In this document: positions 27,445 to 34,078 of the stretch, piece by piece
How the letters are laid out: each line of letters opens with the position of its first letter
Position numbering within the stretch: position 1 is the first letter of the stretch
Source of the DNA: Macrostomum lignano
Taxonomy: Eukaryota
Assembly: GCA_002269645.1 (NCBI GenBank)
Contig: NIVC01004827.1
Span: 1-34,078 of the forward strand
DNA: 34,078 nucleotides
Direction: 5' to 3'
Position numbers and translations under genes: made by a program
Notes under the pieces: model-generated
What the model was told of the DNA's origin: nothing
What the model saw: only the letters and a program-made list of their open reading frames with translations
The model's database searches: none

Positions 27445-29183
27445 CACGCCTCCCCTGAAGAGAGAATTCGGTCGATACAATATGCCCTGAAAACTACTGA
27501 TTTCCCATGAATCTATGACCCAGCAGAAGTCTAAAAAAGCAATCCTAGAAATCCTATCGCATTGTCTGCACAGTGTACAGGCATGCAATTAGTACAGTGA
27601 CTTTAGTTTATATCGGTGTAGAATGAAACTAATCCATTCTGCCAGAGCCTCAGAAGTTGGCCTTCATGGCTGAGAATGGCCTCAGGCCAATCGCACGGAA
27701 TCGAACCAACTATACATGCATAAATTTTCGCAAGAGGCAGCTGCTCAGCCTCTCAATTGCACTCTTGGGCTTCATCAGTTGTTTATTATTAAAGTGCAGC
27801 CGAGCTCTGGCAGCCCATCTCAATTCTGTCCAGCTCTCGGCCTGCCCAGGACAGTGTGGGACTCACATGTAGGCTGATTTTGGATTTCACACGGTTTATC
27901 TGTGCACTGCGGCTGCCTGGCTTTTTTATTGTATTTTGCACTTGGTGACCGGCAATTTAGCATTTCACTGCTGAGATTTGTCAACTCGACAGCTCAGCTT
28001 CTCTACTCTCTATAAGATCCCAGCTCAGATCATGCAGAATCCGCTCAATAAACGCTTGTTTTCTCATGCTTCAAGAAAGCGCTAAACTATCAAAAAAGTG
28101 CAGCTGGCTGTCAGCTCAGCCTCCGCCCGTCATCTCTGAGCACAGAAGCGAAGGTGCAGTGAGGGGGCAGGCAGGGTGCTCAAGCACAATGCAGAGTCTC
28201 CATTGTGCGAGGCTGGGGCTGCAACTCATTCGGGAGCAGCCGCCACTGCAGCCTCAGACAGCTCAGGTTTGCGCTGCTCATCTCGGCAGCCTCATCGCTA
28301 ATTAAATCTATAACCTTCATCTGGAACGGCCCCACCCAGCTCAGCACTCGCAGTGCGACAGTCTGGCGTGATAAAAGGCGGCAAAGAGAAAACTGCTCGA
28401 GTTCGCAATCACCCCATACTGGCCTCTCGAACCACCCAACCCCCCGGCAACTCCTGCCTGCCTGAGATAATAAACAAGTCTAGCTGGAATGCAGCTCCAT
28501 CCAGCTCACTACTCAAAACAGAGACCGAGCTGTGCAGGGAGGCTGGCAGAGCGGTGCGCCGGCCTGAGAATAGCGAGCGAGCAGAGATAATTACTGCTTG
28601 AGGTTAAGCTGGCCTCTCTAAACACCCGCTCCCTACAGCTCAAGACTGCTTTTTGTCATAAATAAGGCATTGTTGCCATGCTTGAATCTCAGAATTTGAT
28701 GGCTCTCAGGCCATTCAGTGCGGCTCAAGCCTGTCTGTTGCTGCTGGCTGCAGGTGGCAGGAATGCGAAATGCAGTGAGCTGCTGCGGCCGAGAGCTGGA
28801 CAGAGTTGAGATGGGCTGCCGGAGCTCGGCTGCACTTTAATAATAAACAACTGATGAAGCCCGAGACTGCAATTGAGGGGCTGAGCAGCTGCCTCTTGCG
28901 AAAATTTATGCATGTATAGTTGGTTCGATTCCGTGCGATTGGCCTGAGGCCATTCTCAGCCATGAAGGCCAACTTCTGAGGCTCTGGCAGAATGGATTAG
29001 TTTCATTCTACACCGATATAAACTAAAGTCACTGTACTAATTGCATGCCTGTACACTGTGCAGACAATGCGATAGGATTTCTAGATTGCTTTTTTAGACT
29101 TCTGCTGGGTCATAGATTCATGGGAAATCAGTAGTTTTCAGGGCATATTGTATCGACCGAATTCTCTCTTCAGGGGAGGCGTG
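27445..29183. mobile_element. Non-autonomous foldback DNA transposon (1,739 bp) with ~397-bp TIRs
   Basis: 27445-27841 is a near-identical reverse complement of 28788-29183. Termini CACG...CGTG are flanked by CTGG on both sides (27441-27444, 29184-29187). No transposase recognised inside. Confidence 0.88.
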
Positions 29184-30496
29184 CTGGGCAAGCCATTTGA
29201 AAAGCAGCCAGTAATGAAAATAAAAAATTTCCAGTCTAAGAACTTATTTATTTGACATCCTTTGTTAATAAAATACCGCGCATTAGCAATTTAACAATAT
29301 AAATGAAACTTTTTGCTATGCATCTATTTGGAACTAGGAGTTGCGAAACCGGTTTCACCAAAACTATGAACCAGTAAACAGGTACTTTTCGCGGTTTCTA
29401 TTTTCAAAAAATGCCGATTGTCTTACAATGAATAATGATGTTTACTTTCTGAGACTTGAAAATACACTAATTTATAGAGAGATAAATTGTAGTTTTTACA
29501 AATGAATAACAAGAATTTCCAAGCAATTTCCGACTAAGGCATGCTAGGGCAGGAATCAGTCTGTGCAGTAAGTATAGCCTGGACACAAGTTTATTTTGTT
29601 TGTTTGTTTAACGAGAAACCACAAAGAAAGAAAGACAAGAAAAAGACATGAATGGTGAGGCTGTGGGTTTTAGCGACCGGCCCTAGTTCACCCCACCCAT
29701 TCTTCCGTTGTTTGTTTAACTAGAGAGGCCGAGGGCAGGGTGCATGCAGGTTGGGGACGCTGTCTGTTTGGCCCGTTTTCCGCGATCAATTATAACGACA
29801 AGGCCAACCACACGCCAAGGCCAAGCCCTCTAAAATTCTACTCCATAAGTAGACTTTTCCCTTTAATTAATCTTACCTGCATCGAGAAAATACTTGTTGT
29901 TGGCTTTTGCCGAAAGGGCAAGAACTGTGACAGTATCGGACAAGATATAAATGATAAAAATCGTACACTTGTGAACCCCTCCCTTGTAGAGATCTCCAAA
30001 CCTAGCAGACTACTAAAAGTCGTAAGATAAAAATATGAATACAGTTTAAATATAGCAAGGGTCATACTCTTAAGTAATGCCAGTAATATCACGAAAACAG
30101 CGAACGTGTTCATTCCATAGTTCGAAAAAACGGTTTTCAACGGTCTATTTACAAAAATGGTAATTTTAACCTAAATACGACCCAAGTCTCACCCTTTTCT
30201 ATTCAAAACCCTGAAATTCTGTTCTGAGACCGCAAGTCTGGGAGCAGAATTTTGTGATCACTTACTGTCGCGGGCACCTCTTCTTAGCGGGCGGATTCGT
30301 AGAGCTTGTCTCCTCATTGTGGTTTCCTCCGGAGTTTCTTGGATTCTGAAGCCGGCCGAGTACGAGTATAAGAGCACTTTAGCGAATGTAGTGAGAAATA
30401 TATCCGTCGATATTAATGTATTTGGTGTGATCAGTAATCAGAGTCATCCGGGATGCGCCTAGTAACAAACAACTATAACAGAATACGCGTTCAGCG

Positions 30497-31590
30497 TCAC
30501 AGGGCGCGCCTCAAGGCCAGGTCGCGAATGAACGCTACGCCGCCGGCCGAATCCGGGGCGCCGGCGTCAGCCAGCAGGCAGTCGACGAAACGCAGAGTGC
30601 GGGCCTGCCCCCGCCGGTAGGGTGCCTGCAGCGTTAGCAGCAGCATCTCTTGCACCTGCTGTGGGCAGTACGACTCGGGCGCGGATGATGTGGCTCGCCA
30701 GCTGGAGTCGCCAACGACGCAACGAGTCGCTTGGGACGGACCAGACCGCCGAGGTAGACGAACTGCTGACAACGCGGAAGCTCTGTCGCCTGTCCATCAG
30801 CCCCTCGGCACAAAATCGCAGCCTCGATGTCGTCCGGCACGCAGAGCACGACGGTCTTCTGCGTGTTGACCACCAGGCCGACACTCGCCGCAACAGCAAC
30901 TAGCTTTTCCAGTTGTCACTGGCGCCCTCGACAGTGGGAGATCGTCGGCGTAGCCAAGCACGCTGAGCCGTCTCTCCGGTTTACGTCGACCCACGCGTTG
31001 CCGCAACAGAAAGCCGTGGTTGTAGGTAGGAAAAGCGGTCTGCAGCACCCAGTCAAGCACCAGAACGAACAGGAACGGCGCAGGCGTATCTCTCTGAAGC
31101 ACCCCGGAGGATGTCTCAAAGAAGGCGGATAGGCCGTCCGGTGTTGAAACAGTACCTTTCATATCGCGGTACATCACCATGATTGCGGAAATCAGCTGCT
31201 CTGGCACGTTGTACGCACGGAGCACCTTATGGGAGCACAGAGCTGATGACCGAGTCGAATGCCTTCTTGAAATCTATGAAGATAAGATAACAATCAGGAT
31301 CGACTGGCGTGTCCGTGCCTCCTCGATGACTCAGCAAAGAGCCAGGATCTGCCCAGGCCCTGAAATGCGCCATGTGACATGTCTCACACCTGAATGGCTG
31401 ACAATGATTTTGTCGTTGTTTGTGGTGTTTTGTCGTAGGGGTCACGTAATGCGTGATCTTGTTCTTCTAGTGCTTCATCTGCAGTAACAAAGCTTTCTCC
31501 ATCTTCCAAAAGCTCGTGACTTATTATTCTTCTACCATGTTGAATGCGTGCGTCTATTTGCAGCCAAAGGGACGCCAATAGCACTGGAAA
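30497..31590 (-). mobile_element. Decayed non-LTR retrotransposon (RTE/RTEX-like) reverse transcriptase remnant
   Basis: QILAL.*VIEE, FIDFKKAFDSV, GVLQRDTPAPFLFVLVLDWVL, GYADDL, VNTQKT and FVYLG motifs spread over several frames, with stops and deletions. Confidence 0.9.
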
Positions 31591-33024
31591 TGACTAAATT
31601 AAGTGCTCGGATAAATGGCGGCCTCTCCGACTGAACCGCGCAAGACAGAGCAAAGAGCCAGCCAATCAAACCCGCCCAGGGCAGGGCGCAGCCCTTGTGC
31701 CACAACAGGGCTGGCCGCAGTCAACCAGCGCAGAGCACGGAGCAGGGCGCACGACAGGGGATGGGCAAGCCAAAGCCCTGCGGCCAACCAGGCCGGCCAC
31801 TGGGCCTAACCCGCCCCCACCCCTCAGCCAGCCTCAAAGTGCACCGCGCCTTTGACAAACCGAAAAGGGAACATGCACTGCACACTCATAAACTTATTTT
31901 TTAATTTGTGGGATAGAAGTAATATTTACTTTGTGAGTTTTAGTCCGTAATAATGCCATGCAAGCTCTCAATCCGGTGTACATCTAGCCAGAGATACGAG
32001 TACATTGTGTCAATTCACTTCTGTACGAGCCAACTAAGTTGTTTTTTAATAGATTCCTGAGTCGTAAACCATACGCTCGTATTAGCTTAGCATTTTAATG
32101 AAGACAAGGGAAGCTACGAAAATCGAAACACACGAAACGGGACGCTTTAACCGACTTAATTACGATTACACGGTTGGATCTTAGTACAATGATAGATCAA
32201 AGGCTAGATGTAAGCGGACTAAATGAGTTTTTTGGTGCGGACTGCGTACTGCCCACTGCTAGTCTATAAATCTGCATGGAAAATACACTCAGCAACATGT
32301 TAAAGTTTTCACCCAGAACCAGTGGTCAACTTTCCTCAGTTCTCAGACCCAAGTGACGCAATTCACACCACGTCCGCGGGGCTCGTATGGGCTGATTTCG
32401 CAATCAAGCTGATATGAAGAAAAATAAGTTAATATTAGTGTATTGTCAATGATAATATTAAGAATTAATTAATTTATTCATTATTCAACTGATCAATAAT
32501 TCATCAGTTGACCACTGGCTTCGGGGTGGAATCTTCGGGGTAAACATGTTAAGGACGCATCGCTGTGGCCGAGTGCAATGGAACTCTCCTGACTCCTTAA
32601 TCCTAACAAGATGGTGCTAACGATCCTGACTCTTAGATCGCTGTTCCTTGCTATACAACTAAAAGTAATGTTAAAGATTCTCGAGAGACCTACACTCGTA
32701 GTTGAATCTGTTGAATAAGAGAGCACTCTGAGAAAAACTCCCAGCTTCTAGTCCTAACTCTGACTCTTCATGCATTACTAGCTAAGAGCACTCTTGACTC
32801 CTAGTCCAATGATTTGTGCACTCCCCAGCTCTTAATTTTATAGCACGGCGCCCCTGATACTCCCTGTGTTCAGAACTCTTCGCTCGTTACTGTATTATAC
32901 TCTACCTGTTATAATGAAATTGGCCTATGCACTTTGCTAGCTAGAATTTTGCCAGCTTCTTCTGACCGAAATTATAACTTTGTTAAATCTGCTCAATATT
33001 AACTCAATTTAACTTAGCAGTGGC

Positions 33025-33495
33025 TCAATGGAGGGTTGGTGAGATGCAATGGCTCAATGGAGAGGTGTTGAGATGCAGTGGCTCAATGGAGAGTTGCTGA
33101 GATGCAATGGCTCAATGGAGAGTTGCTGAGATGCAATGGCTCAATGGAGAGTTGCTGAGATGCAGTGGCTCAATGGAGAGTTGCTGAGATGCAGTGGCTC
33201 AATGGAGAGTTGCTGAGATGCAATGGCTCAATGGAGAGGTGCTGAGATGCAATGGTTCAATGGAGAGGTGCTGAGATGCAATGGTTCAATGGAGAGGTGC
33301 TGAGATGCAATGGCTCAATGGAGGGTTGCTGAGATGCAATGGTTCAATGGAGAGGTGCTGAGATGCAGTGGTTCAATGGAGAGGTGCTGAGATGCAATGG
33401 CTCAATGGAGGTTGCTGAGATGCAATGGTTCAATGGAGAGGTGCTGAGATGCAGTGGCTTAATGAGGGTTGCTGAGATGCAATGGTTCAATGGAA
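33025..33495. repeat. 28-29-bp minisatellite (tggctcaatggagaggtgctgagatgcaa), ~16 copies
   Basis: Periodicity visible directly. Confidence 0.95.
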
Positions 33496-33564
33496 ATTCT
33501 AAGGCTCTAAGATTCCAAGGGGATGCTGAGATCTTAGGGCTTGACAGATCGATATCAAGGGTAA

Positions 33565-33839
33565 GGAGAACAACGGCCTGCGCCTCCCCGAGGTGACCTC
33601 CGGAGGACCGCAAGGCCCACACGAAATGCAGGCCAACAACGGGCCCTTCCCGACGCCCGGCACCGCAACGCAGTCTCTTCGCCGCCCAATTGGTATCTGG
33701 CGGTCACCCTGCCGATTAAATGCCGCGGCAGTTTTCGAGAACTACACCGCGGTGTTGAACTTCCTCAGGAAGGCGGGCGCCATCTGACGCCCGGTGCCAT
33801 GGGCCCTAGCTCGAGAGCGCCCGAATGGAAGAAGAAGAA
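33565..33839 (+). mobile_element. 5'-truncated LINE 3' end (275 bp) with (GAA)n tail and 14-bp TSD
   Basis: TSD gatatcaagggtaa at 33551-33564 and 33840-33853. An open frame ends AVLNFLRKAGAI*, followed by a short 3' UTR and a GAA-repeat tail. Confidence 0.8.
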
Positions 33840-34078
33840 GATATCAAGGGTAATGCTTTTCACCTTTAAATATCGCAATAAATCTCAGAGTTTTCTTCAA
33901 AAATTGTCTACTTATTTTATCGAACTCTCGAACTCAAAAACAGTATATTGAGTGCTCTCTGCAGCTCTGAAATCTTAATCACAAGTACATGTACACTTTG
34001 AAAAGGTAAAAGGTAACGGTGCATTTACGCCCGCACCTCTGTTGAAAGCAGGATATTGAATTCTACTCTTTGCCAATA

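Overview
Eukaryotic (invertebrate, probably lophotrochozoan or flatworm-like; species not determinable here) genomic window rich in minisatellites. Two convergent multi-exon host genes: an 8-exon nicotinic acetylcholine receptor alpha subunit with the Pro-Ala pre-M2 motif of anion-selective nAChRs (+, 4817-9211), and a 12-exon galactocerebrosidase (GALC, GH59; -, 27152-10495). GALC introns host three nested units. Intron 8 holds an 8,532-bp Maverick/Polinton (adintovirus-like) element (12986-21517) with AGTAGT termini and a perfect 6-bp ATCATA target-site duplication. Intron 5 holds an intronless antisense CHMP4/Snf7 gene, and intron 3 holds a tRNA-Lys(CUU). The Maverick is an internally deleted, decaying copy. 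It keeps an adenain-like protease, the 3' part of the major capsid gene and a disrupted pPolB, and I could not recognise an integrase, packaging ATPase or minor capsid gene. Co-oriented with pPolB it carries a dUTPase, an apparently spliced unknown gene with an acidic tail, and an exon-like ORF that patterns as a single TBP-fold repeat. That last ORF is the best novelty candidate. Right of GALC are a 1.7-kb foldback DNA transposon with ~400-bp TIRs, a decayed RTE-type LINE and a 275-bp 5'-truncated LINE with a 14-bp TSD. Single-base frameshifts in both host genes suggest uncorrected indel errors in the assembly, so disruption calls need raw-read checks. All homology calls are by eye, without database searches.
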